A DNA stretch of 64,000 nt from Candidatus Omnitrophota bacterium (GTDB taxonomy: Bacteria > Omnitrophota > Gorgyraeia > B26-G9). Positions 39,719-50,038 of the stretch are shown here, in pieces. The stretch is taken from contig JAHITE010000081.1 of assembly GCA_018817585.1 (NCBI GenBank), positions 68,549-132,548 on the forward strand, given 5' to 3'. A program made the translations under genes and the position numbers. Positions within the stretch are counted from its first letter, which is position 1. Every line of letters starts with the position of its first letter. The notes under the pieces are model-generated. The model was not told the DNA's origin. It saw nothing but the letters and a program-made list of their open reading frames with translations, and did not search any database.

Positions 39719-40945
39719 TTATCTCATAAAATGCGTTTTTAAATCATCATTACAATTAATCACATAGACCTGGGAACTAATCTGATTAAATACGTTTTTA
39801 ATCTGACGAGCTTTTTGGCTGAAAATTTCTTTTGCCGGCTTATCTACGGCAAAGGAAACAGAATTTAAAACTATCGGAATAATTCCAATGTTTTTTTGGA
39901 TTTTTAAATAACTAAGGAATTTAAGCAAACCCTGGTCAAAATTATTTGAGGCAATAATCAAACTTGAACTGTTCGGCAGAAGCCATTGATACTTGGCCAG
40001 CAATGTATGCGAATTTATCAGCCCGTCTGAATCAATCACTGCCAGCTTATCAAGAATTTTATAATAATGATTTTTTCCTTTACTTATATTTATCCGCAAA
40101 GGAGTCTTGGTATTAGCCAGGAAGCCAAAAGACGCGTTTTTAAACATCAGATATTTTGTTAAAGAAGCAATTATCTTAATCGCGTATTCAAAAGTATTAT
40201 TTTTCCCAAAGCCAACACTATTGGCTTTGCAGCAATCAAGCACCAGCATTGCCTTCCACTGCGAACTTTGTTCGAAATGTTTGACCATTAGTTCCGAGGC
40301 TCTGGCAGTCGAGCGCCAATGAATTCTCCGCCAGCCGTCTTCCTGCTGATATTCTCTAATTCCGTAAAACTCCTCATAATTCCCACTGATCCGGGTGGTT
40401 TGTTCTCCAAACCGCGGAGCTAAATGCCCAAGAATAAACGGCAAGTTATAGACTTGAAAAATACTGGGATAAACCACCAAAGAAGAATACACATAAATTT
40501 CCTTTTGCATATAAAACAAGCCCAACGGATCGAAGATCTTAGCCTTAAACGGCCCGATTTTATAGCAGCCGCGCTTATAGCAGAATTCCTGATAAGCGAA
40601 TTGGATTTTGCCTTTAGAAATTCCGTTGAGATAAATTGTTTTCGGTTTATAATTAGGCCCGCCAGCGGTGAAGACATCTTCTATTTCCATTGATTGATCC
40701 AGCAAAGCAAACCGGCTGCGCAGTTTTATTCGCACGGAAATCAATTCCCCTTCATGAGCCTGAGGCGGCATTTCTCTTTGAATTTCCAAATTGAATAAAA
40801 GGAATTTTGAGAAAATAAAACTAAGGATTATCAGCCCGATACAAGCGGAAAAAGCAAAATAAAGCAGCACCAGATTACTTGCCCAGGCTCCAATCAAAAG
40901 CAGCAAAGAAAAACAGAATACAAATATTGCTCTTTTTGTCGGCAT
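39719..40945 (-). CDS. DUF58 domain-containing protein
   Basis: RGCYKIGP, DPLGLF, EFYGIREYQ, RRIHWRSTAR, LMVKHFE, FEYAIKIIASL. Confidence 0.92.
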   Translation of the reverse strand: MPTKRAIFVFCFSLLLLIGAWASNLVLLYFAFSACIGLIILSFIFSKFLLFNLEIQREMPPQAHEGELISVRIKLRSRFALLDQSMEIEDVFTAGGPNYKPKTIYLNGISKGKIQFAYQEFCYKRGCYKIGPFKAKIFDPLGLFYMQKEIYVYSSLVVYPSIFQVYNLPFILGHLAPRFGEQTTRISGNYEEFYGIREYQQEDGWRRIHWRSTARASELMVKHFEQSSQWKAMLVLDCCKANSVGFGKNNTFEYAIKIIASLTKYLMFKNASFGFLANTKTPLRINISKGKNHYYKILDKLAVIDSDGLINSHTLLAKYQWLLPNSSSLIIASNNFDQGLLKFLSYLKIQKNIGIIPIVLNSVSFAVDKPAKEIFSQKARQIKNVFNQISSQVYVINCNDDLKTHFMR

Positions 40946-40953
40946 AATTATCC

Positions 40954-41886
40954 TTAAAGCGGAACAGCAACGCTGCGCAAAACCTCGGTAATAACTTTTT
41001 GCTTGGTAATCCCTTCTACTTGAGCTTCGGTCTTTAAAACAATCCGATGCCCTAAAGTAAAAAAAGCCATTCTCTTCACATCATCCGGAATAACAAAATC
41101 GCGGTCATTAATCAACGCGATTGCCCGACTGGCCTGCATTAGAGCCAAAGAACCGCGCGGACTCGCCCCTAATAAAATATCTGGGTGAAGCCGAGTTGCC
41201 CGAACAATTGTAGTAATAAAACTCATTATTTCCGGAGAGATATGGACTGTAGTTACTTTTTCCTGTAATAATTTAATTTGCCCTAAATCAACTACGCTTT
41301 TAATGTTTTCAATTGGGTGATTTTTAACCTGACGCTCAACAATCAGATTTTCCTCTTCGGCACTAGGATAGCCAATACTGATGCATAAAAGAAATCGATC
41401 CATCTGGGCCTCCGGCAAAGGATATGTGCCTTGAAATTCAATCGGGTTTTCCGTGGCAATAACAAAAAAAGGATCCGGTACAGGATAACTTACTCCGTCA
41501 ATAGTCACCTTACCTTCCTGCATACATTCCAGCAAACCGGACTGAGTGCGGGGAGTTGTCCGGTTAATTTCATCAGCCAAAACAATATTAGCAAATATCG
41601 GCCCAGGCCGTGGTTCAAACTCCTGAGTCTTTTGATTGTAAATTGAAACTCCCGTAATATCCGAGGGTAAAATATCCGGAGTAAACTGAAGCCGTTTAAA
41701 ATCAGCATTTATCGACAAGGCGATCGCCCGGGCTAACATTGTTTTACCCAGGCCAGGAACATCCTCAATTAAAATATGGCCGCGGCTGATTAAAGTTGCC
41801 AGACAAAGTTCAACTGCCTGCCTTTTTCCCACAATAACTTTTTCAATATTGGCAATCAATTTACTTATTATTTCTTTTGATTCCAT
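40954..41886 (-). CDS. moxR: MoxR family AAA+ ATPase
   Basis: EDVPGLGKT, QFTPDILPSD, ADEINR, EGTYPLPEAQMDRF, GASPRG. Confidence 0.95.
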   Translation of the reverse strand: MESKEIISKLIANIEKVIVGKRQAVELCLATLISRGHILIEDVPGLGKTMLARAIALSINADFKRLQFTPDILPSDITGVSIYNQKTQEFEPRPGPIFANIVLADEINRTTPRTQSGLLECMQEGKVTIDGVSYPVPDPFFVIATENPIEFQGTYPLPEAQMDRFLLCISIGYPSAEEENLIVERQVKNHPIENIKSVVDLGQIKLLQEKVTTVHISPEIMSFITTIVRATRLHPDILLGASPRGSLALMQASRAIALINDRDFVIPDDVKRMAFFTLGHRIVLKTEAQVEGITKQKVITEVLRSVAVPL

Positions 41887-41908
41887 TTAAACTCCTTTTT
41901 TTATTAAC

Positions 41909-43030
41909 TCAAATTGCTTGTTTTAAACTAGCGACAACATATTCAACTTGCTGATTGTTCAGATTTGAATGCATCGGCAAACAAAGAACTCTTTCTGATA
42001 CTGATTCCGCGATCGGAAAATCATTTTTTTTATGCCCCAGCGATTTATAAGCAGCTTGTAAATGCAACGGGCGATGATAAACAATTCCCGTGCCAATATT
42101 TTTTGCTGCCAGGTTTTTCTGCGCTTGATTTCGGTTTTTAAGTAAAACAGGATATATATGAAAAACATGTTTATAGTTTTCCATTTCCCAAGGGATTGTA
42201 ATTTGCGAACAGTCTTTTAATAGTTGTGAATAAAGCTGAGCGCTTTTTCTTCTTGCCGCGTTCCAGATTTCTAACAGCTTTAGTTTTTCTCTAAGGATAA
42301 CTGCCTGCAAAGAATCCAAACGGGAATTATAACCAATTAAAAAGTGGAGATAACGATTTTTCCCTTTTCTGCCTTGATCGCGGAGCATATGCAATTTTTC
42401 ATAAATCCGTTTATCATTAGTTAAAATCAAACCGCCATCACCGCAGCCGCCAAGATTCTTAGTGGGATAAAAACTAAAACAGCCAATATCGCCGATAACC
42501 CCGACTTTTTGCCATTGATTTTTCTTATTTTTAATTGCCGCGGCATGCGCCTGGGCCGCGTCTTCAATTACTTTAAGCTTATGCGCTTTGGCAATGCGCA
42601 TGATTTCCGGCATATTTGCCGGCTGGCCATAAAGATGCACGGCAATAATCGCCTTAGTTTTTTGATTTATCTTTTTTTCAATTTTAGTTGGATCAAGATT
42701 ATAGGTTCTCGGGTCAATATCAACAAAAACTGGTTTCGCGCCGGTATAAGATATGCTCAGCGCTGTAGCAATATAAGTATACACTGGACAAATCACTTCA
42801 TCCCCCGGGCCAATACCCAAACTTAATAAGCTTAAAAACAAAGCATCAGTTCCAGAGTTAACACCTAAAGCAAATTTCCCATTACAAAAAGCGGCAAAAT
42901 CCTGCTCAAAGCCCTTAACCTCAGCTCCCAGAATAAAATCACCGGCTTGCATAACTTTTTTTAAACCAGCCAATGACTGGCGCATCAACTGAGCATTTTG
43001 CGATTTCACATCAATAAACGGCACATTCAT
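41909..43030 (-). CDS. DegT/DnrJ/EryC1/StrS family PLP aminotransferase
   Basis: NSGTDAL, VHLYGQ, EDAAQAH, SFYPTKNLG, NSRLDSLQA; probable start MNVPFID. Confidence 0.93.
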   Translation of the reverse strand: MNVPFIDVKSQNAQLMRQSLAGLKKVMQAGDFILGAEVKGFEQDFAAFCNGKFALGVNSGTDALFLSLLSLGIGPGDEVICPVYTYIATALSISYTGAKPVFVDIDPRTYNLDPTKIEKKINQKTKAIIAVHLYGQPANMPEIMRIAKAHKLKVIEDAAQAHAAAIKNKKNQWQKVGVIGDIGCFSFYPTKNLGGCGDGGLILTNDKRIYEKLHMLRDQGRKGKNRYLHFLIGYNSRLDSLQAVILREKLKLLEIWNAARRKSAQLYSQLLKDCSQITIPWEMENYKHVFHIYPVLLKNRNQAQKNLAAKNIGTGIVYHRPLHLQAAYKSLGHKKNDFPIAESVSERVLCLPMHSNLNNQQVEYVVASLKQAI

Positions 43031-43086
43031 TTCATATTCTCCTTGATTAATTATCAAACAAACCAATATTTTTCAATAAAATTTCA

Positions 43087-44166
43087 TTAGGAACTTAGCC
43101 CAATTATTGTTTTTTCTACTATTGCTAAAACTTTTTGTTTATCCAAAGATTGCAAACAATTCATGGTTGGACACTCTGGTTTTTGGAAATTTTGATAACA
43201 AGGCCGGCAATCAATATCCGCGCAAACAATATTATGTAATTTTTCATCGCCTATCGGGCCATAAACATTTTCATCAACCGGCCCATAAATCGAAACAGTA
43301 TTCCGATTCAACGCGCAGGCAATGTGCAATGGCCCGCTGTCATTAGAAATAAATAATTTGCATTTACTGATCAAAGCTGCTAACTGCCCCAAGCTTGTCT
43401 GTCCGGCACAATTTATCACCTCTGTTTTGCCTGCGATCCTATTAAAAACTTTGGTTTTGGCTAAATCTTTTTTAGTGCCAAACAAGAGAATCTTTAGCTT
43501 ATGCTTTCTAATTATCTGCTCTACGACAAAAGCATATGATTCAATCGGCCATTGTTTATTTTCCGCGGCTACTCCCCAACTCAAACCGCCAAAAGGAGCA
43601 AGCCCGACGAGAACATCTAGCTTTGCGATATTATGCGCTTTTAAAAAATTAACTGCCCAGCGCTGGTCTTCTGCTGAGAGATAAAGACTCAAATCGCGCT
43701 TAAAATTTTCAACCCCAAGCTTAGTTAATAAATCAGCATAATAATCAACCACATGCTTTTCCACAAAAGTCTGAACGCTGATTTTATCAGTTAAGAATCG
43801 TCCCCTTTTTTTATAATCAAACCCATAACGCTTGGGCACACCCAAAAGCCATAATACTAAACTATACTGCATTACCATAGATAGATCAACAACCAGATCA
43901 AACTTCTGTTTACGAATTATTAAGATTGCCTGAATAAAAGCTGTTAAGTATTTTAAAAATGATTCGCGTCGTATTTTCTTAAAATCACCTCGACTAAAAA
44001 AAAATAACTTATCGATTTTTGGATTATTTTCCAGGAGCGGAGCTGCTGCCTGATTACATAAATAAGCGATAAAACTATCCGGGTATTTTCCCCTTAGAGC
44101 GGAAATAACCGGAGTGGAAAATAAAACATCCCCAATCCCAAAAGGATTGATAATTAAAATTCTCAT
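43087..44166 (-). CDS. glycosyltransferase family 9 (heptosyltransferase-like)
   Basis: GIGDVLFSTP, KQWP, NDSGPLHIA, YGP, CRPC. Confidence 0.92.
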   Translation of the reverse strand: MRILIINPFGIGDVLFSTPVISALRGKYPDSFIAYLCNQAAAPLLENNPKIDKLFFFSRGDFKKIRRESFLKYLTAFIQAILIIRKQKFDLVVDLSMVMQYSLVLWLLGVPKRYGFDYKKRGRFLTDKISVQTFVEKHVVDYYADLLTKLGVENFKRDLSLYLSAEDQRWAVNFLKAHNIAKLDVLVGLAPFGGLSWGVAAENKQWPIESYAFVVEQIIRKHKLKILLFGTKKDLAKTKVFNRIAGKTEVINCAGQTSLGQLAALISKCKLFISNDSGPLHIACALNRNTVSIYGPVDENVYGPIGDEKLHNIVCADIDCRPCYQNFQKPECPTMNCLQSLDKQKVLAIVEKTIIGLSS

Positions 44167-44262
44167 CGCAGAAACCTATCCATAAATTAAATAATCCTAG
44201 AATAACTTTTATAAGCATCTAGCGCGGACAGTTAAACAATCTAACCCTCCCAATATACCTGC

Positions 44263-45354
44263 TTATAAACTCCGAACAATCGCGTTCATATCCACATATT
44301 TATTCACCAAATCAATTACTAAATTTGTTTTTGTCTTATCCTGCGGTTTTATCTTAATCCTCAGATCATGCACCCGGGAAGCAACATTATAAGTATCCTC
44401 TTTGACTAGTAATATGGGGATATCAGTGCATTTTATCAGATTTAAAACCGAAGGATGGGGAGTTATCCCTCCGGTAAGAATTAGTCCGGAAACCGATGGG
44501 CCATTAGCGCCGTGAATCAGATGCATACAGATCGCGGTCAAAATAATATCTTCTCTGTCTCCCGGGGTAATTACCAAACTTTTATCAGTTATATAATCCA
44601 GCGCGGCGTGCGGTTCCATTGCTCCGATTACAATTTTCTCAACCACATTATCCATAAAAGTAGAGCCATAAATAACATTAGCTTTTAATTCTTCCTGAAT
44701 TTGCCCGATCATTGGTTTAGTTAAATCTTTTTCATAAGGAATAACGCCCAGGACTTTTAATCCTTTACGCGCTGATCCTTTGCGCACCAGCTCATTTACT
44801 TTTTTATATTTTTCCGGTAAAACTTTATTAATAATAACCCCCATTATCTCCACGCCTTCCTGATCAAACAAAGCTTTGTTTAACAGGATTTCATCAATCG
44901 GTTTACCAATCCCGCCGGAAGAAATAAGAATTACTTTACTCTTTAATTGTTTGGCCACAAAAGCATTGGATAAATCAAAAACACCGCCCACACCGGCATG
45001 GCCAGTGCCTTCAATGATCACCAATTCATTATGTTTGGCAATCTGCTTATAAGCGTCTTTGATTTTTTTAATCAAACCGCTTTTATGCGGGTGTTTAATA
45101 TATTTTTCCGTAAAACCGCGTTCAACCGCGATCGGACTCATATCTTTAAGCACTGCCTGCATATGGCAAACATGCTCAATCAGAATAGAATCTTCATCAA
45201 TTTTATAGCCTTGCTCAATAAAATAACGCTGGCCAACCGGCTTAATAAATCCAATATTTTTAAATTTTTCTTTTAAACAGTAAATCAAACCAAGACTAAC
45301 AGTTGTTTTCCCGCTGTCCTGGCGGGTTGCGGCAATAAAAACTTTTTTACTCAT
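44263..45354 (-). CDS. BioD-like AAA_26 plus DRTGG protein (phosphotransacetylase N-terminal module only)
   Basis: DSGKTTVSLGL, FIKPVG, IEGTGH, ITPGDREDI, LTGG; no Pta catalytic domain. Confidence 0.85.
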   Translation of the reverse strand: MSKKVFIAATRQDSGKTTVSLGLIYCLKEKFKNIGFIKPVGQRYFIEQGYKIDEDSILIEHVCHMQAVLKDMSPIAVERGFTEKYIKHPHKSGLIKKIKDAYKQIAKHNELVIIEGTGHAGVGGVFDLSNAFVAKQLKSKVILISSGGIGKPIDEILLNKALFDQEGVEIMGVIINKVLPEKYKKVNELVRKGSARKGLKVLGVIPYEKDLTKPMIGQIQEELKANVIYGSTFMDNVVEKIVIGAMEPHAALDYITDKSLVITPGDREDIILTAICMHLIHGANGPSVSGLILTGGITPHPSVLNLIKCTDIPILLVKEDTYNVASRVHDLRIKIKPQDKTKTNLVIDLVNKYVDMNAIVRSL

Positions 45355-45369
45355 AATCCTCTTCCGGTT

Positions 45370-46299
45370 TTAAGGTTTTGGCCTATAAGCTGATTCAATC
45401 GCTTTAATCAAATCAGTCAGGATCAGATTTGCCGGAGTAGCAATTCCCAGACTCTTGCCCTGACGGACAATCGCTCCGTTAATCCAATCAATTTCCGTTA
45501 TTTTCCTGTTTAAAATATCCTGAAGCATTGATGAAAGATTGTTTGCCGTTGCTTTGCAAACTGATTCCACTTTTTGAATCGGATCATCATAAATCAGTTT
45601 TATTCTTTTTTTCTTGGCAATTTTAACAGCTTCAGTTACTACCTGAGATAAGATTTCTCTTGTTCCCGGAGACTCAAGCAGCTGCCCATTAGTTAAACGC
45701 GTAAGCGCGCTTAAAGCATTTATCCCCACATTAAGAATCAGCTTGCTCCAGATAATTCCATTAATATCTTTGCTCAGCCGGGTGCTGAAACCTGATTTAT
45801 TAAATATTTCCCGAATGCCGCGCATCGGAACAGTCAAACGCCCGTCAATTTTTCCGATCACGGTTTCACCTTGACCGCCAAACCGAATATGCCCATCTCC
45901 CAATAAAGTCGCGCCATTAGAAGTAACTCCACCCAAAACCCGGTCTTTGCCCACAATCTCAGCAATCATTTCAATATTACCCAAACCATTCTGCAAAGTC
46001 AGAACATTAGTATCTTCCGCGAGTAAGGGTTCAATTTGTTTTATTGCCCCTTCTGTATCATAAGATTTAACGCATAAAATCACGAGATCACTTGGGGGAA
46101 TATCTTTAATCTGGCTGGTAATATTTACTTTTTGGTTAAAGCTCTGCCCCAAGCCTTCAACAATAATCCCCTGATCACTGATTTTTTTTGCCCTTTTGGA
46201 ATCATTGTCCAATAACCAAACTTCGGCTTGTTTTTTTTTGCTAAATAAGGAAGCAAAAAGACATCCCATTGCCCCAGGCCCAACAATAACCACTCGCAT
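45370..46299 (-). CDS. panE: 2-dehydropantoate 2-reductase
   Basis: GPGAMG, VKSYDT, LQNGLG, WSKLILN, SSMLQD, TEIDWING. Confidence 0.95.
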   Translation of the reverse strand: MRVVIVGPGAMGCLFASLFSKKKQAEVWLLDNDSKRAKKISDQGIIVEGLGQSFNQKVNITSQIKDIPPSDLVILCVKSYDTEGAIKQIEPLLAEDTNVLTLQNGLGNIEMIAEIVGKDRVLGGVTSNGATLLGDGHIRFGGQGETVIGKIDGRLTVPMRGIREIFNKSGFSTRLSKDINGIIWSKLILNVGINALSALTRLTNGQLLESPGTREILSQVVTEAVKIAKKKRIKLIYDDPIQKVESVCKATANNLSSMLQDILNRKITEIDWINGAIVRQGKSLGIATPANLILTDLIKAIESAYRPKP

Positions 46300-46366
46300 A
46301 GTTTACCTTCAATTAAATCTGATAACTTGTAGTTAACATCGCCTTTGCTCAAAAAAATAGACTTAG

Positions 46367-47203
46367 TTAAAGATCGTTTAATTCCTCTGGCTTGATTGTA
46401 AATGAATGCTGCTTGTCGGGAAATTTTTCCTCATTTACTTCTTGAACAAATTCCGAAATTGCCTTTTTAATAATCGCGCTCAGATCAGCATATTTTTTCA
46501 CAAATTTCGGCGTAAACCGCTGATTTAAACCCAGCAAATCAGGGGTGACCAAGACTTGGCCGTCACATTTTGGACCAGCTCCGATCCCAATGGTCGGAAT
46601 TGATAATCTTTGGGTTATCAAGGCTGCCAAAGCATCAGGAATGCATTCAAATACAATACTGAAACAACCGGCTTTTTCCAAAGCCAGAGCGTTTTCTAAA
46701 ATTTGTTTTGCGGCATTGGCATCTTTTCCCTGGACTTTAAACCCACCCAAAGCACCCGCAGTCTGGGGAGTCAACCCAATATGCCCCATAACCGGAATCC
46801 CTGCCTCAACCACTGCTTTGACCATTTGCAGGATTCTGGAATTAGCGCCTTCGAGTTTTATTGCGTCAGCGCCAGCCTGCTTTAAAAACCTTCCGGCATT
46901 GATAATTGTCTGTTCAATGCTCACATTATAGGACATAAACGGCATATCCGCGACCAGCAAAGCTTTTTTAATTCCGTTTTTCACTGCCTGGGTATGATGC
47001 AGCATCTGCTCCATGGTCACACTGATCGTTGAATCCTGACCTAAAACCACATTGCCCAAAGAATCACCAACAAGCACAATATCAATCCCAATATCATCAA
47101 GCAAACAAGCCATAGGATAATCATAGGCAGTGAGCATGGATATTTTTTGGTTCTGCGCTTTCTTCTTTATAATATCTAAAACCGTTAGTTTGTTTTTTTT
47201 CAT
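46367..47203 (-). CDS. panB: 3-methyl-2-oxobutanoate hydroxymethyltransferase
   Basis: MLTAYD, LVGDSLG, DMPFMSY, GHIGLTPQ, IGIGAG..CDGQVLV. Confidence 0.97.
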   Translation of the reverse strand: MKKNKLTVLDIIKKKAQNQKISMLTAYDYPMACLLDDIGIDIVLVGDSLGNVVLGQDSTISVTMEQMLHHTQAVKNGIKKALLVADMPFMSYNVSIEQTIINAGRFLKQAGADAIKLEGANSRILQMVKAVVEAGIPVMGHIGLTPQTAGALGGFKVQGKDANAAKQILENALALEKAGCFSIVFECIPDALAALITQRLSIPTIGIGAGPKCDGQVLVTPDLLGLNQRFTPKFVKKYADLSAIIKKAISEFVQEVNEEKFPDKQHSFTIKPEELNDL

Positions 47204-47246
47204 AACATTTTTCCTTTCAACAGTATAGCAAAAATGCGTTTTTATT

Positions 47247-47555
47247 TCAAATAATTAGTTCCAGCATTTTTTCCAATGCCTGCTGCCCGGTTTCGCCCAG
47301 GCTGATCCCTAATTGCTCAGCTTGTTTGGTAAGTTTAACCACTGGCTTTGCTAAAAGCTGCTCAACAGTGGAAACCCCGCTGACAATACAAGCCGCGTCT
47401 CCCAGCTTTTCCGCGACATCAATATTAAGATAACCGCACATCACAAAACCCTGAGCCGCGGAAACAATTATCAGATTAGCTTTTGCTGTGGGAATTAATA
47501 CCGTATTAACCAAAGAATTTTTAATCAGAATTTGTTTATAAATCGGAGTTTTCAT
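47247..47555 (-). CDS. DUF1805 (YunC-like) protein
   Basis: GFVMCGYLNI..AEKLGDAA..VSGV, AEQLGI..G..G..AL. Confidence 0.85.
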   Translation of the reverse strand: MKTPIYKQILIKNSLVNTVLIPTAKANLIIVSAAQGFVMCGYLNIDVAEKLGDAACIVSGVSTVEQLLAKPVVKLTKQAEQLGISLGETGQQALEKMLELII

Positions 47556-47572
47556 ATCTGCCTTGGTTTAGA

Positions 47573-50029
47573 TTATTTGCTCAAGCTTTTAGCCACGCGC
47601 ACTGCTTCTACGCCGTCACCGGCATAAGCCGCGCCCAAAGAATCCGCGTATGCCCGGGTAATCACTGCTCCGCCTAAAATAAACCTACAGTCAAGCCCCT
47701 GTTCTTTAGCCAGATCAATCACTTGTTTCATATTCACCATTGTTGTGGTCATCAAGGCTGATAAACCGACAATTGGATTTTTATGCTTTTTAATTTGCTC
47801 AATGATTTTTTCTGAACTTACATCTTTGCCCAAATCAATCACCGAAAATCCATGATTTTTCAACAGCAAAGCAACAATATTTTTACCAATATCATGAATA
47901 TCGCCTTTTACAGTTGCTAAAATTATTATATTTTTTTTCGCGGTTTCCGCTTGGCCTTTTTTGAGCAAAGGTTCTAAATACTCAAAACCGGTTTTCATGG
48001 TTTGGGCACTGGCAATCAGCTGCGGCAAAAAGAATTGTTTTTTATCAAATAAATCACCAACCTGATTTATCGCCGGAATCATTATCTTCCGCACCAGATC
48101 CTCAGGCTTTATCCCCGCGGCAACCGCGGCTTTAGCCAAATCCTTTATTTCTTCTTTATTACCTTCAAGTATCGCGTTCGCCACTTTTTTTTCAGGCGAT
48201 AAACTTTCGCTTGTTTTTAGTTTTGGGGGTAAGCCTTTTAGCTTTAGCTCAATGTCCTGGCAGTATTTAATATATTTAGCCGCGTGCTTATCTTTAGCCA
48301 GCAAAACATTTTCCGCTTGCTTATTGTATTTCTCCGTTTCATGCAAAGGATTGCTAATAACCATAGACATGCCTTTTTTTCTTAATATCGCCATGAATGT
48401 GGAATTGATTCGCAAACGTCTGGGCATGCCAAAAGAAATATTCGATAATCCGCAAATTGAATTGGCTTTAAATACTTTGGCTGCCCATTCAATGGTTTTC
48501 ATGGTTTCAATGCCGGCACCAGGATGCGAAGATATGGTCATACACAAACCGTCGATTACCACATCTTCTTTGGTAAAACCATACTTTTGCGCTTGTTTAA
48601 ATATCTCCAGAGCTATTTGTTTACGCCGCGTAAATTTTTCAGGAACTTCTCGATCATTTAAAGGCAAAAGAATAAACATTGCTCCGTATTTTGCGGCAAT
48701 CGGCAGTAATTTATCTAATTTATGCTGTTCCGCGGAAATTGAATTTATCAAAGCCCGGCCGGGATAAAGCCGCAAAGCGTTTTCAATTACTTCCACTGTT
48801 GATGAATCAATAACCAAAGGCAGTTCAGAATTAACACTCAGCAGATTAATCATCTGGGATAATGTCTTTTTCTCATCAATTCCCACAACTCCGGCATTAA
48901 CATCCAGCATTTTTGCTGCCTGCGCTTGCTGCTGTTTAGCCAGACCGCGGACTAAACTCATTTTGCCAGCGCGTAATTCCTCCTGCAGGCTCTTTTTCCC
49001 AGTGGGATTAATGCATTCACCGACAATTGAAAATGATTTGCCCAGATCAAGCAGCAAATGACTGCGCGCGGAACTAACCGCGCTGATTGATTTACGGCTA
49101 CAAGCAGTAGGCTTTATTTTATTTTTTATTATTCTGGTTTTAAGCGCCTGAATATGCTCCGGAGTTGTCCCGCAGCAGCCGCCAAGAAAACTCACGCCAT
49201 TTGCGCTAAATTTCGCGGCAAAGCCGGCAAATTCTTTTGCCTGCATGCTGAACACAGTTTGCCCATCAATTAATTGCGGCATCCCGGCATTTGGTTTTGC
49301 CACCAAAGGCACTTTAGCATATGGTTTCATTGCTTTGATTATTTCCAGCATTTGTTTGGGACCGCAGGAACAATTACTACCCACGGCATCAGCGCCTAAA
49401 CTCTGTAAAGTAATCAAAGCACTAACCGGATCAGTGCCGTTTAAAGTTCTGGCATCATTTTCATAAGTCATAGTCACGATTGTGAATTTATCACTTAACT
49501 CACGCGCCGCGAGCAAAGCCGCTCTGGCTTCCTGAATATCCATCATTGTTTCAATAACAAATAAATCTACTCCTCCGGCGAGCAAGCCTTTGATTTGCTG
49601 TTTAAAGATATTCACTGCTTCCTCAAATTCCAAAGGCCCGAACGGAGCGACAAATTTCCCGGTTGGCCCGATATCTCCGGCAACCAGAACATTTTCCGGA
49701 ACAGCTTTACGCGCCAAATCAGCCAGAGTTTTATTTACTTTATAAACATCAGGTTCGCCATACTGCTCAAGCTTGATCTGATTTGCGCCAAAGGTGCAGG
49801 TATAAACAATATCCGCCCCGCTAGCCGCGTAATTTTTATGCACTGCTTGAATAAATTGCGGATTTTCCATTGCCCAGATCTCGGGACATACGCCCTGGGG
49901 CATGCCCAGCTTTTGCAATTGCGTGCCGGTTGCCCCGTCTAAGATCAACAGTTTTCGCTTAATCAGTTTTTTAATATCCCGATCATTAGTTTTTTTACTT
50001 TTATTTAATATTTTCATTTTATTATTCAT
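47573..50029 (-). CDS. metH: cobalamin-dependent methionine synthase lacking the reactivation domain
   Basis: LDGATGT, GGCCGTTPEHI, GECINPTGKK, KGDIHDIGKNIV, LSALMTTT; ends after the B12-binding domain. Confidence 0.93.
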   Translation of the reverse strand: MNNKMKILNKSKKTNDRDIKKLIKRKLLILDGATGTQLQKLGMPQGVCPEIWAMENPQFIQAVHKNYAASGADIVYTCTFGANQIKLEQYGEPDVYKVNKTLADLARKAVPENVLVAGDIGPTGKFVAPFGPLEFEEAVNIFKQQIKGLLAGGVDLFVIETMMDIQEARAALLAARELSDKFTIVTMTYENDARTLNGTDPVSALITLQSLGADAVGSNCSCGPKQMLEIIKAMKPYAKVPLVAKPNAGMPQLIDGQTVFSMQAKEFAGFAAKFSANGVSFLGGCCGTTPEHIQALKTRIIKNKIKPTACSRKSISAVSSARSHLLLDLGKSFSIVGECINPTGKKSLQEELRAGKMSLVRGLAKQQQAQAAKMLDVNAGVVGIDEKKTLSQMINLLSVNSELPLVIDSSTVEVIENALRLYPGRALINSISAEQHKLDKLLPIAAKYGAMFILLPLNDREVPEKFTRRKQIALEIFKQAQKYGFTKEDVVIDGLCMTISSHPGAGIETMKTIEWAAKVFKANSICGLSNISFGMPRRLRINSTFMAILRKKGMSMVISNPLHETEKYNKQAENVLLAKDKHAAKYIKYCQDIELKLKGLPPKLKTSESLSPEKKVANAILEGNKEEIKDLAKAAVAAGIKPEDLVRKIMIPAINQVGDLFDKKQFFLPQLIASAQTMKTGFEYLEPLLKKGQAETAKKNIIILATVKGDIHDIGKNIVALLLKNHGFSVIDLGKDVSSEKIIEQIKKHKNPIVGLSALMTTTMVNMKQVIDLAKEQGLDCRFILGGAVITRAYADSLGAAYAGDGVEAVRVAKSLSK

Positions 50030-50038
50030 AATCTTTCT

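Noticed and set aside
41909-41930. DegT aminotransferase also ends in QAI
   Set aside because: A cytoplasmic enzyme without the leader; treated as coincidence and a caution for the QAI-tail hypothesis
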